This document shows, one piece after another, positions 52,501 through 64,000 of a stretch of 64,000 nt of DNA. The notes beneath the pieces are model-generated. The model ran no database searches and was not told the DNA's origin. It worked only from the letters and a program-made list of their open reading frames with translations. How positions within the stretch are numbered: the first letter of the stretch is position 1; the number at the start of each line of letters is the position of its first letter. This DNA comes from Saccostrea echinata (lineage: Eukaryota): the NCBI RefSeq assembly GCF_033153115.1, contig NW_026889803.1:53692001-53756000 (forward strand), read 5' to 3'. Both the position numbers and the translations under genes were made by a program.

Positions 52501-55500
52501 TCTGGATCTGCCACTGCATATTTCGACCCAATATTGATGACCAAATTAATTACAGAAAATTATAAAAATTGAATGTGTGCAGGGAAGCAAAGAGCCATAG
52601 CTGTCTTACCGACGACAGGGCCGATTCAAGACTTTAAAAAGAAATGACCCTAAGCTTTTCTTTTTCAATTCAAGATCAACCAATGTAATATCATTTACGG
52701 ACTAGTATTATATTTTCATAGTTGCAAGTATGTCATATAACAATCATTTTACATGTTCATTACTCTAATTGGGTCAAAAGATTTAGAAAATTAATAAAAA
52801 TAAAACAAGTAACTATGCAAAATTTAATAAAATAGTTTAGAGCTGTCTTTTCCCGTGATACTTTCAAAGTGTAACGTGTATATTAATTATGACTTTCTGA
52901 AATTATGTTTATTTTAAAACATAGTAAAGAAAATGTAGAAAAAATATACAAAGAAAAAAAATAAATAAAAGAGCACAACTGGAAAAAGCACTTGGATTCA
53001 CCACATTTACATTTCAGCAATCATATCACTGCGCCACGAAGTCATAGATATTGAATACATAAATTTAAGAAAGGTTGCCAAATCTTAAAATAATACGAGA
53101 TGAAAAATTGAGTATATATAAATTTCCACCATTTTCGACATGAATTAAGACCACCTTTAACCAAAATAAAGTGTCGTAATACACAAAATTATTCAAATGT
53201 TGTTTTTCTGGTTAAGGGTGGTCTTTGTCAACAGTTTGTCATCGTTTAGGTAGATACACTGTACAAGTACCTCAATATTTACTATATACTCCATACAAAC
53301 TTGAGGATTTTTATAATTATTATATAGGGGAACTATAAACGTATAATATACACCTATTTACTGGCTATGAGGACAATAGCAAGTTAATCGTTCCCCAAGA
53401 CAGCAACTATTTCCCGAGGCGCAGCCGAGGGAAATAGTTGCTGTCGAGGGGGACGATAAACTTGCTATTGTCCGAATAGTCAGTAAATAGGTGTTTTATT
53501 ATACCGAAGCAGGGTAAAACCACAAGCCTACCAAAATAGTTAGTAAATATTCTGTTATAGTGAAATGTGAATATATACAAATACGAGGCTAGTTCTAAGA
53601 GAAATAGATTTACATTAATTACAACGGCCGGTGCCCATTGGACCTATATGTCACTTTAGCATATATATTAACATATTTTCATTTTTCAACAGAGAGCTAG
53701 GGCATATGAAATAAACTAGATTTTTACAAATATTTTTGTCTTACTGAAAAGATTAAAGATTTTGACAGGTTGTCTTTGATTATTTTTCATTAAAGTGTTT
53801 AAATTATCAACTAGATCTACATATCTATTTAAATTAACATTATGAAAGAAAGTTTTTCTGCTGTTTTCTTACGAAAATGCTTTTAGGCTTAAACCAGTGC
53901 GTGCCGAACTTAACTGGGGACGAAACAACGAATGAAATAAAAACATAATGGTCGTGCGAATAGGTCAGCTATATAATACACAATACAATACACGACGGTC
54001 GTGCAAATAGTCACTGAAAATTATATACACGACGGTCGTGCAAATAGTCATTGAAAAATTATATACACGACGGTCGTGCGAATAGCCGATGAAAAAGTAA
54101 GTACACGACGGTCGTGCATATAGACACTGCCTTAGCCGAATATCGCATGACAGACCTCAGAAATAAACTACGCTGAGTGATTATAGTTCTTAATTTTCGT
54201 GCAATATTTTTCAATATTATATGACATTGTCCTACATTTGTAGGATTAATATGCTTATTTGATAAAAGGTAATTAACAGCCTTACCTGCAAAAGAAATAA
54301 CAGACGTTAAATTCAGTCGGAACTGCTAAAACTGGGCGCGTATTAATTTATCTGTCCATTGTAAAATCGAAGACGGAGCATTCCCTGATATGACGTAAAC
54401 ATCGATGTTACTTTTATAATAAACAATATTAAACATTTAGATCGAAACATTCTAATAGCTGGAGATGTTTAACGAAATATCTCTCTAATTGCTTTGTGTA
54501 ATCGAGGTACTAGAGACATCAGATTACAGAAATAGTCAGTTGGTTTCAATACCGGAATGGCAGCCCCCCCGATTTCGCATGGCGGACATGCCTAGTTGAT
54601 GAAAAACAGACAGTTATGGAAAAAGTACGCGCAGTATTGCTAGGAACGAAACAAATGGTTGTACCCATGACGTTCAACTATCTGCACATATACAACAAAT
54701 GTCATGTTATTGTTTTGTTAGACCTGTAGCTGTGCAGTCCTGCAAGTGTAATATGCACATTATTGCTGCATGACACTGCAAGTGACAATCAAACTGCATA
54801 CATATCAAGACAGCTTTCCAATGGAAGGTGTCATAGGTCAGTTTTCAAGAGTAAGCAAGAAGTATTTATTAAAATATTGAGATTTTTTATTTCGTACGAG
54901 TTTCACTTGGATGAACACAAAACCAAACCCTTAAGGTGATGATTTGTTTATAGGGCTGTCACGGTTCCAAAATTTTTTGGGTTTGGTCGGTTCTGTAAAT
55001 TTTTGGTTCGGTTTCGGGTTTTTCGGGTCGGGTATTTACATCTATTTTAAACCTTAATTTCATGAATTTAACTTGAAAAATCTTTACTTGTTACATTAAA
55101 TTTACATTTAAAACAAGTCTTAACCATGCGAACGTCTAGACACTGGTGACTTGGCCTACTATAGAGCCACAACCTGACCATTCCTGCTCGTTTTGATAAT
55201 TATCTAATACTTCCGTGACAAGTGTTTTGTCATGGAATGAAGTAGATTTCAGTTGTGATGTTTATTTATCACTGTTATCGTCATCATTCCTTTGATTTCG
55301 ACTCCCTGAACAGACTCTAATATATAAACCAGACCCGAACCGAAATCCGGAAAAATGGAACCGGAACCGAACCGAACAACTTGGACCGCGGTTCTCAGTT
55401 ATTTCGGGTACTCGTGACAGCCCTATTTGTTTATTTATCATAATGATTAATACAGCTATGGTTGACATTCATCTATCTAAATATTATAAATTTCCAATAT

Positions 55501-56686
55501 TCCTTTATAGCATTTTTGTAAATGAGGAATAAAATTTTCTTGCAGATATTTCAAGCATTAGCAAAGGGGTTTGAGGTTGTGAAATCCATCAAAGGCTTAT
55601 TGTCAGACGTGGTAAGTCTCAAGTACTGTTATACAAATGCATGTGTGTTCTTCTAATGAAGTAAAAAAAAAATTGTCATATACATCTAGGTTCATTCTTA
55701 ATCTGTATACCAAATACTGGGATGCACATTATACATTTTCAGTCATTATTTTATGTGAGACTAGAAGGGAATGCTAAAATTACTATTCTGTTTCAGACCT
55801 ATGGAAGTCGACCAACGTCCACTGAAATCGACCAGTGTGGGGAGAACTGTCCAATTTGTCAGGATGACTATAAAGATCCAATCAAACTGGCTTGTAAAGT
55901 GAGACTCCATTTACTTTTGATCTGCTTTGTGTACAAATATACAGTAAAAGTAATATACATTTGTACATTGTATATGTGTACTTCTAGAGTATAATATACT
56001 GGAAAGGTACTTTTTCCGCGTGGTATTGATTTACGATATGTATGTGGTCACAAATTTTCTGCGGACATGTATCCCTGTGTACTTAAAGTTATATGCATGT
56101 AAGGCATATGGTGGTAATCTAAAAAATCTGCATAATTTTCTTCTCAAGGATGAAACAGAAATTGTGATTCCACGGAATTATAACCCCTTGGAAAAATGTA
56201 TGTTTACAGCATAATGATCGTACCATAGTTACACAGTTACATGTACAATTGCATGGGAGGTGTGTGCTTAAGAGAGTGTCTTATTCAATTTGAATTAAGA
56301 ATAACTTTCTGTAGACTAAGAGCATTTCTTTTCTGTTTGAATTAATCAATGATTACTGCATGAAAAAAACATTAAAATGGTACATGTACATGTATTTCAG
56401 ATTTAAAAAAAAAAATTAGACTCAACAGGAAGGATGAACATAATTTACTTTTTAACATTTTCTCAAAGAAAGCTTTATTGTCTCTGATTAAGCAGGCAAG
56501 TTTTCTTTGTAGAAATTTCTTACATGTACCTTATATTTCTTTTTATTTCAGCATATATTCTGTGAAAATTGTGTATCCATGTGGTTTGATAGAGAAAAGA
56601 CATGTCCCATGTGTAGGGCACAGATCCACACAGAATCCCCAATGTGGAAAGATGGATCTACCAGTATCCACATACAGTGGTACTAA
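40579..56686 (+). CDS. RNFT2: RING finger and transmembrane domain-containing protein (RNFT1/RNFT2 family E3 ligase), ~419 aa; exons 40579-41053, 41397-41482, 41746-41855, 42203-42347, 42949-43089, 55546-55611, 55797-55898, 56552-56686
   Basis: Multi-TM core (LKLLSQHFLG, FWDYLWVVLVTDFILKYSTIIIKA, QLYRMLTPIVPWFHFL) and C-terminal C3HC4 RING [39 protein letters not shown] followed by WKDGSTS; 1260 nt in frame; likely co-orthologous to RNFT1/2. Confidence 0.92.
43334..46566 (+). mobile_element. HINE element with a ~166-bp satellite array (43560-44420, resuming at 46284), interrupted by another element
   Basis: TTTTAGCTCACCTGAGC..AAGTGAGCT 5' hairpin, (GTC/GTT)n tract, GTAGTGTAGATTCAAG repeats at ~43668/43833/44000/44169/44334, 3' end GCTCAGGTGAGC..GGCCCCTGGG..TCTTGTT. 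Confidence 0.85.
44428..46283. mobile_element. Unclassified element nested in the HINE array, with GGGAC(T/C)GC subterminal repeats
   Basis: Clusters of (T/C)TGGGAC(T/C)GCT at 44430-44515 and 46200-46258; HINE satellite resumes right after 46283. Confidence 0.55.
47182..47756 (-). mobile_element. Degenerate HINE element
   Basis: AAGAGGCC..GGCCCACA..TCACTTGAGT at the left and GATCAGAAAAAG..CTCAGATGAGCTAAAA at the right, the reverse complement of HINE termini. Confidence 0.65.
51133..51316. repeat. Array of palindromic TACACGACCGTCGTGC motifs with variable spacers
   Basis: Motifs at 51133, 51170, 51215, 51254 and a partial at 51300. Confidence 0.85.
53341..53504. repeat. ~160-bp imperfect palindrome (hairpin element end)
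   Basis: ACACCTATTTACTG..GGACAATAGCAAGTT..GACAGCAACTATTTCCC / GGGAAATAGTTGCTGTC..AACTTGCTATTGTCC..CAGTAAATAGGTGT, centred on GAGGCGCAGCCGA. Confidence 0.85.
53949..54125. repeat. Array of palindromic TACACGACGGTCGTGC motifs, 37-38 bp period
   Basis: Motifs at 53989, 54026, 54064, 54102 and a partial at ~53949. Confidence 0.85.
54951..55425. mobile_element. hAT-type MITE
   Basis: TIR TAGGGCTGTCACG ... CGTGACAGCCCTA; perfect 8-bp TSD TTTGTTTA (54943-54950, 55426-55433); CGGTT/AACCG subterminal repeats. Confidence 0.9.
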
Positions 56687-58208
56687 TCCACTTCTCCACA
56701 TCTGATGGGACAGGCTCACCTCCTGTTAGGACTGGAATCCTCAGAAGGGATAGGAATAGTTTTATCATAACTGTACAAGGGATGTTTTTCTTTTCAGTTG
56801 TTGCTTAATTTGGAGTTTTATCTAAAATATCAATCTGCTTGTTTTATGGTAGCTTTAGAAAGATACATTTATGACAGAAGTTTTAATCATAAATCTTAAA
56901 CTAATTTTAGTTTATTGAAATCTATATTTTTGATGCCAAATTTTCCCAATTTACCTAAGCACTCAATATTACATTACAGGTATTTTCAATGTACACAGTA
57001 TTTTTTCAGTGTAAAAAATAAGTTTTGTTAGACCATTGTATGCTTTGATTATTCACTTGCAAATATTATACTGAATTTTTCCTTAAGTAAGTTCATGTTT
57101 TGATAAATTAAAACTGTAATGTAATTGAGCAATAAAAGTGGTGAAAATTTCAATGTGTTCTCCTGGTATTTTAATGAGATCATAGGTACTGTATGTTCAT
57201 GTCATGTGTGTGCCATGCCCTTTGATAAATTTTGTTTTATTATTGAGAGGCTATTAAGTTGTGCAGTATACAGAGGTTTCTGATAATCACAGATAAAGTT
57301 GATGTTCACACACAGTTGTATACATACTTGTAGCAATTCAGCCCCCTCCCCCCCCCCCCCCCCCCCCCTTAATAATTGCCAATTCATGGTGTAAAAATCA
57401 AGAATATTATGAGTTAAAGATGAAAAATTCAATCTTGAATATTAGAATATCATGACTTTATCTTTTTTTTATCTCAATCACTCAAGATATGAGAAAGATC
57501 TCTTTTTTCATGGACATAATGTCAAGGTCATTTAGACAGACCAAAGACATTTAAGTAAGCCTAAAAAACAAAAACAAAAAAATCTGTTTATTTGATTTTT
57601 TTTTTTTTAATTTTTTGGTCACTAGTATTGTACATAAATCTGTTTTTGTAAACAGAGCACATGCTCTGTTATTGTTACTGTTTACGTTTTACTGGGTGTG
57701 TTTAATTTGTTAACTCTGTTTAACTCTGCACACGTCACTGAGCACGGACTGACGATACTGGTGAGAAAGTTTCGCTTTCTCACATTTCTAGTCTGAATTT
57801 TCTGGATTATAGTTTAAATATTTTTCATTAATACACAACAAAATTTCTCTTTTTCTTAAGTATTAAGGATAAAGTTTACTTTGTGAAAGTGGATATTATT
57901 TAATCAAATGTGTCCTGAAAGTCGTAGTTTTAATCATTTCCAGATAAAAGAAGTTTCTGGACACGCTTTTATTATATTTCTGTGTGAAATATGCTAGCAA
58001 GAAAATTAATAAGTCATGATATTATATAGAAAATATTAACCTCAAATCTGTGTCCAGGCCCCTTTAAAAAGATATAACCAGTATATGAACAATTCTGTAA
58101 GATTTCAGTTTATCATTAAGTTGGTTCCTTACATAAGTTGTCAGTTCCTTTGTTGTAGATAAGCATGATAAGCAACACTTTCATTTTATTGCATGCAGTT
58201 TTTCATTT

Positions 58209-58210
58209 TA

Positions 58211-58247
<37 letters not shown>

Positions 58248-61209
58248 CCGTTCTCGTCCGTCGGCGTGCGTCGTGCGGTGTGCGTCGTGTGTTAACATTT
58301 GAACATTTTTAGCTTCTTCTCTGAAACCGCTTAACCAATTTCAACCAAATTTGGCATATAGCACCTATGGGTGAAGGGGAACAAAAATTGTGAATTCCAT
58401 GGTCCCTGCCCCCCTGGGGCCTGAGGGGTGGGGCTAAAACCACCAAAAATAATGCAATCTTTAAAAATCTTCTTCTTTACTCCTGGACATCAAGCAGTCT
58501 AACTGTTGGCATCATTGTAATAAGCATTGAGTCCTCTACCAAAATTGTGAAATTCATGGCCCCAGGGTCAGGGGTTCTGGTGCTAGGGTGGGGCTATATA
58601 GATCATATAGGGAAAGTGCATTATTTCTTTGAAAATCTTCTTCTCTGCTCCTGGGTATTAAATAAAGTAACTAAGTACATAGTTATGAAGAACAAGAGTG
58701 CCTCTTTCAAAATTATGAAATTCATGGCCCCAGGATCAGGGGTTCTGGTGTTAGGGCGGGGCTCTATTGATTATATAGAGAAAATGCATTAATTCTTTGA
58801 AAATCTTCTTCTCTGCTCCTGGGTATTAAATAAATTTACTAAGTATATAGTTATGATGAGCAAGAGTGCCTCTTTCAAAATTGTGAATTTCATGGCAGCT
58901 GGGTCAGGGGTTCTGGTGTTAGGGCAGGGCTCTATTGAGTATATAGTGAAAATGTATTAATTCTTTGAAAATCTTCTTCTCTGCTCCTGGGTATTAAATA
59001 AAGTAACTTAGTACATATTTATGATGAGCAAGAGTGCCTCTTCCAAAATTTTGAATTTCATGGCCCCAGGGTCAGGGGTTCTGGTGTTAGGGCGGGTCTC
59101 TATTGATTATATACATTAGTTAAAATGCATTAATTCTTTGAAAATCTTCTTATCTGCTCCTGGGTATTAAATGAACTAATTTAGTACATAGTTATGATGA
59201 GCAAGAGTGCCTCTTCCAAAATTGTGAATTTCATGGCCCCAGGGTCAGGGGTTCTGGTTTTAGGGCGGGTCTCTATTGATTATATTGTTAAAATGCATTA
59301 ATTCTTTGAAAATCTTCTTATCTGCTCCTGGTTATTAAATGAACTAATTTAGTACTTAGTTATGATGAGCAAGAGTGCCTCTTCCAAAATTGTGAATTTC
59401 ATGGCCCCAGGGTCAGGGGTTCTGGTGTTAGGGCGGGACTCTATTGATTATATAGTGAAGATGCATTAATTCTTTGAAAATCTTCTTATCTGCTCCTGGA
59501 TATTAAATGAACTAAGTTAGTACATATTTATGATGAGCAAGAGTGCCTCTTCTGAAATTATGAATTTCATGGCCCCAGGGTCAGGGATTCTGGTGTTAGG
59601 GTGGGGCTCTATTGATTATATAGTGAAAAGGCATTAATTCTTTGAAAATCTTCTTCTCTGCTCCTGGGTATTAGATAAACTAACTTAGTATATAGTTATG
59701 ATGAGCTAGAGTGCCTCTTTCAAAATTTTGAATTTCATGGCCCCAGGATCAGGGGTTCTGGTGTTAGGGCAGGGCTCTATTGATTATATAGTAGAATTGC
59801 AATAATTTTCTCTGCTCCTGGGTATTAAGTACATAGTTATGAAGAACAAGAGTGCCTCTTTCAAAATTGTGAATTTCATGGCCCCAGGGTCAGAGGTTCT
59901 GGTGTTAGGGTGGGGCTCTATTGATTATATAGTTAAAATGCATTAATTCTTTGAAAATCTTCTCTGCTCCTGGGCATTAAATAAAGTAACTTAGTACATA
60001 GTTATGATGAGCAAGAGTGCCTCTTCCAAAATTTTGAATTTCATGGCCCTTGGGTCAGGGGTTCTGGTGTTAGGGCAGCGCTCTATTGATTATATAGTAG
60101 AATTGCATTAATTCTTTGAAAATCTTCTTCTCTGCTCCTGGGTATTAAATAAACTAACTAAGAACATAGTTATGGTGAGCATGACTGCCTTTTCAGAAAT
60201 TGTTTCATGGCCCTTGGGTCAGGGGTTCTGGTGTTAGGGATGGGCTCCATTGATTATATAGTAAAATTGCATTAATTCTTTGAAAATCTTCTCTGCTCCT
60301 GGATATTAAATAAACTAAGTACATAGTTATGATGAGCATGGCTGCCTCAGAAATTATGAATTTAATGGCCTCTGGGTAAGGGGTTCTGGTGTTAGGGCGG
60401 GGCTTTATTGATTAGATAGGGAATTGGCATGAATTCTTTCAAAATCTTGTGTGCGCCTGGGTATTTTTCAAACAAAGGAAGTGCATGGTTATGATAAGGA
60501 AGAATGCCTCATGGCCTTTGGGTCAGGGGTTCTGGTGAGGGGGAAAGAGCTCTATTGATTATATATAGTGAAAATGCATAATTTCTTTCAAAATATTTTT
60601 TCTACTACTGGTTATAAAGTAAAGAAACAAGTGTATAGTTATAATGAGAAAGGGTGCTTCTTCCAGAATTGTGAGTTCATGGCCAATGGGTCAGATGTTC
60701 TGGGTAAGGATGGGGCTTTATTTATTTAATTTTATGGTGAAAATGCATTTCTTTGAAAATCTTCTATGCTTCTGGGGATGTTCAAGGCAAACAGAGTAAA
60801 AGTTTTAATATGCAAGGGTATTTTTACCAGATTTTTGAACACCTGGACCATTTAGTCAAATGTTCTAGTCCTGGCCAGGGCTCTATTAACTTGTATTCTG
60901 CTGAGCAAAGTTATTCCCCTTTGCCATTCACCTTTGATAATTAATCAATGTAAATAATGTATTTGAAAGCTTAATAGAATAAGAGAATTATGCAAGATAA
61001 TTTATTGTATAATGAAAATGTACTTTCATAGATTTAATGACTTGGAAAGTCAGATAGGCAGGACTAAGATACTAGACCAATTATTTTGTTGATGCTAATC
61101 ATACTATTTTTCTTGCTTTTGGGCAACAAAGCTTCATTTTTCAGTTTATGGATCCTCTAAATTGTTGTATTGTACTCAGGTGACCGTTTAGGCCCTTGGG
61201 CCTCTTGTT
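58209..61209 (+). mobile_element. HINE element carrying ~14 copies of a 168-bp satellite
   Basis: 5' hairpin TAGGTCACCTGAGTCACTCAGGTGACCTA, (GCGTCGT)n tract, TTCATGGCCCCAGGGTCAGGGG at 58553/58721/58889/59057..., 3' ACTCAGGTGACC..AGGCCCTTGGGCCTCTTGTT. Confidence 0.9.
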
Positions 61210-61330
61210 TTCATTATGTTTCCTAACTGATGGATAATAACTCATTTTATTAAAGATGTTTTATTTAAAATTACATTTAAGTTTGAATTTATATGTATTG
61301 TACTTCAAAAAGCAATTTGGGCTGCATATA

Positions 61331-62018
61331 ATTTTCAGCTGAAAGCTCAAGTGAGCTTTTCTGAACACCTGATTTCCGTCATCCATCTAAATTTTTCACA
61401 AAGCATCCTTGGGTGAAGGGGAGTTTAAATTGTTAAAATGAAGGGCCAACCCCATTATAAGGGGATATACTCAAGAAAAGACAAAAATAAGGTGGGGTCA
61501 TGAAAACTTCTTCTCAAGAACCACTGGGCCAGAAAAGTTGAAATTATGTTGAAGCTTCCTGCAGTAGTGTAGATTCTAAATTATTCAAATCATGGTCCGG
61601 GGGAAGGGGGGGGGTTAGGATGGGACCACAATGGGGAATCAAAAGTTTCAAAAAGAAGGTTTGAAAAAAGTTTTTTTTAATTGAAATATTAAAAATCTTT
61701 AAGAATCTGGAAGCATCCCCAGGTAGTGTAGATTCAAGTCTGTTCAAATCATGACCCCCCCCCCCCCCCCCTTTCCCAGGGTATGGTGGCAGACATCTTA
61801 AAAATTCAGTTTTCAAGAACAGCAAAGTCATGATTAATCATATGAATATGGAAGCATCCTGAGGTAGTTTAGATTGAATTTCGTTCAAAACATGATACCT
61901 GGGGGTGAGGTGCAGCTAGAACGGGCGATCAAAGCTTTACATATGAATAAATCTGCTAATGAAGAACAGCAGGGCTATACTGACTCAGGTGAGCATTGTG
62001 GCCCATAGGCCTCTTGTT
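61331..62018 (+). mobile_element. Short HINE element of the same family as 43334
   Basis: AGCTCAAGTGAGCTTTTCTGA start, three GTAGTGTAGATT units, ACTCAGGTGAGC..GGCCCATAGGCCTCTTGTT end. Confidence 0.8.
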
Positions 62019-62764
62019 TTATTTTTTTCGTTTCAAGAACAATTTTAATTTAGTTTTCAAATTTTTACCGATATGCTGACCCCCCTCCCCGTAAGTTCAT
62101 ATTATCCTACTTTAATTAAGTACTGTAAAAAATAATTGCAAAGAGAAATTTTAGAAACTACCAACCTGCCCCATCCCATTAAATAGGATTAACAAATTCA
62201 AAAGTTTGAATATTTTAACAGATAATTGTAATTAAAGCTATATACGGCGTATCTGATCTAAAAAATAAAAATACGAGATTGGGTGTATATGAACACGATA
62301 TTTGTTATTTACGTACAAATTAAAATTTTCACCGATTTTGAACTTGAATAACCCCACGTTTCTATAGTTAAATTGACTTTAAACTGTCTCTGATATTTAA
62401 ATGCGGAGTCGGTAAATAAATCGGTTATTGTTTTAAATTTCTAATATCTATGAAACGCTATTGATTTAAATTGTGTAATTTACAGGAAAGTCCTATCTTT
62501 ATATAAAGTAATAAAACAAATAGAAAGATCGTTTTAATTTTTCTTAGTCTGACTTTTATATAAAAAATACGCCATATATGACTTTAAAATGTATATATTC
62601 TGCAATGTAAGAACCTGTTATTTGTTAAAAATGTACCTTATACGTGTACTACCTTATCTTAAGGTTAATGTCATTTGATTTTTTTTAGTTTCAATAAAAG
62701 CATCGGGATTGCTAATCAAGTGCAAATAGATCGGGTTTGAAATTCTGTATTGTCTGTAAACAAT

Positions 62765-62931
62765 ATGGACAGCAAGAGAGAGTTCCTCGATTTACCAAAT
62801 GAAGTAATTGATCTTGTGCTTCAGAACAGGGGTATATCATTTACAGACATATGTAGTATATCCCAAACATGCACAAAAATGCAATATTTGTGCTTGTCAA
62901 ACGAATTATGGAGAAGAAAGCTCCAGCAAAG
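62765..62931 (+). CDS. First coding exon of an F-box protein, FBXO21-like (gene continues beyond the window)
   Basis: MDSKREFLDLPNEVIDLVLQNRGISFTDICSISQTCTKMQYLCLSNELWRRKLQQR is an F-box; strong donor AG|GTAAGC. F-box identity is confident; the FBXO21 assignment rests on recalled motif similarity and neighbourhood. Confidence 0.75.
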
Positions 62932-63179
62932 GTAAGCAAAAGTTATGCAATATACTGACAGCTGGGTCCGCCGTCATAAACCATACTTAAGTCTGATAAT
63001 GTTCTCAGGTCTGAGAATATTCCCAAATCTTAAATTGTCAGGAACAGCTAAATGGGAAAAAAGTGCATGAAAAATGTTAACAGTTCCTTTGTTGCAAATT
63101 TTTTTGTAATAGTTCATTACTGCGTAAAATTGTAAAATACTTCATAACTTTTTTTCTGTAAGCATGTCATCAAATGGTA

Positions 63180-64000
63180 GACAGACATCTCGGCCCAACG
63201 ACAGCTCGGCCCGTCACGCTTGACATCTCGGCCCTGACATGTCGGCCCAGTATTGTTGACACGTCGGCCCATATAAAAGACACCTCGGCCCAAGCAAAAT
63301 TTTATGATGGAAGAAAATTAACAGCATTTGAATTGGTATTATTGGTGTAATTATTTTTTTTGATGATTAAACGATTGTTTTAAAATTAAAAAATAGGGGT
63401 CTTAATCTTGTTTTTTTTAAATAGAAATATTCTATTGTTTATATAGATCGATCTATATGACTTCATTGTATATATGTTTTTCTTTTCTTTTTTTTCGTTT
63501 TTTTCATTTTTTTTTTAAAACACACGTACATACTTGCTTTGCATGATACAAGGAGCTTGAAAAAAAAAAGAAAGAAAAAACGGACTCGAACTAGGTATAA
63601 GCGACGATAATAAATTCATGAATGGAAGTGTTTTTCTTATAAGAAATAAATGAGAAAATATTCAATATATGTAAATGTCTTTAATTACTATCTCCCAATT
63701 AACTCTGCTCGTAATTAACCCCCTGTTGTCACCAATACCAAAGGATGCGCCGCGGCATATTACTTGTTTATCATTTAGCACTTTAATTAATAGCATTGGC
63801 TTCTCATTCATTGAATATCGTCAAAGTGCCCATGGAAGTTCTTTTGAAAAAAAAAATCTTGATAGTTTATTCATGTACTTTTTTCAATAAATATTTAATT
63901 CAAGTCCCAAAATTAGAAATATATATTTCATGGTAAAATTTTGCTTGGGCCGAGGTGTCTTATGAATGGGCCGACCTATCTTCAATCTGAGCCGAGGTGT
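63180..64000. mobile_element. DNA-transposon-like element with GACANNTCGGCCC subterminal repeats (right end beyond the window)
   Basis: Six GACA..TCGGCCC copies at 63185-63291; inverted counterpart AAAATTTTGCTTGGGCCGAGGTGTCTT from ~63935. Confidence 0.75.

Larger units (their letters stand above)
46585..54930. mobile_element. 8.35-kb TTAA-flanked element with ~210-bp imperfect TIRs (Kolobok-like), containing nested repeats
   Basis: ttaa|GGGTTTGGTTTTGTGT..CAGGACTGCGCAGCCACAGGT (46585-46793) vs ACCTGTAGCTGTGCAGTCCTG..ACACAAAACCAAACCC|ttaa (54722-54930). Confidence 0.75.

Noticed and set aside
51133-54125. CRISPR-like appearance of palindromic repeats with spacers
   Set aside because: Eukaryotic intron, no cas genes, only 4-5 short repeats, and the spacers resemble one another; better explained as TE subterminal repeats
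58547-58792. ORF MKFMAPGSGVLVLG...
   Set aside because: Translation of the 168-bp satellite monomer

Overview
AT-rich, intron-rich eukaryotic genomic DNA, most consistent with a bivalve mollusc (oyster-like repeat landscape: Helentron-associated HINE elements carrying 157-168 bp satellite arrays, TTAA-flanked elements, hAT/Harbinger/Tc-mariner MITEs); the organism call is inference. Gene models were reconstructed by hand from GT-AG boundaries with consistent phases. In order: (1) a glycine N-acyltransferase (GLYAT/GNAT)-like gene (+, ~1.8-3.7 kb, ending in a 135-N gap); (2) a cluster of single-exon B-box + coiled-coil mini-TRIM genes (2 intact, 2 decayed) plus a GLYAT pseudogene, showing tandem duplication of a two-gene cassette with reciprocal loss and a ~2-kb palindrome; (3) a 27-exon, ~1414-aa uncharacterised gene (-) combining a degenerate TBC/Rab-GAP-like domain with about three C2-like modules; (4) SPRING1/C12orf49 (-), whose stop codon lies only 186 nt upstream of the ATG of gene 3 with no canonical polyA signal between them; (5) an RNFT (RNFT1/2-like) RING-transmembrane E3 (+), head-to-head with SPRING1, with a 12.4-kb TE-packed intron; (6) the first coding exon of an FBXO21-like F-box gene (+). 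The most notable observations are the candidate SPRING1/TBC-C2 bicistronic or overlapping unit, the TBC-C2 architecture itself, and SPRING1-RNFT-FBXO21 microsynteny resembling human 12q24.22.
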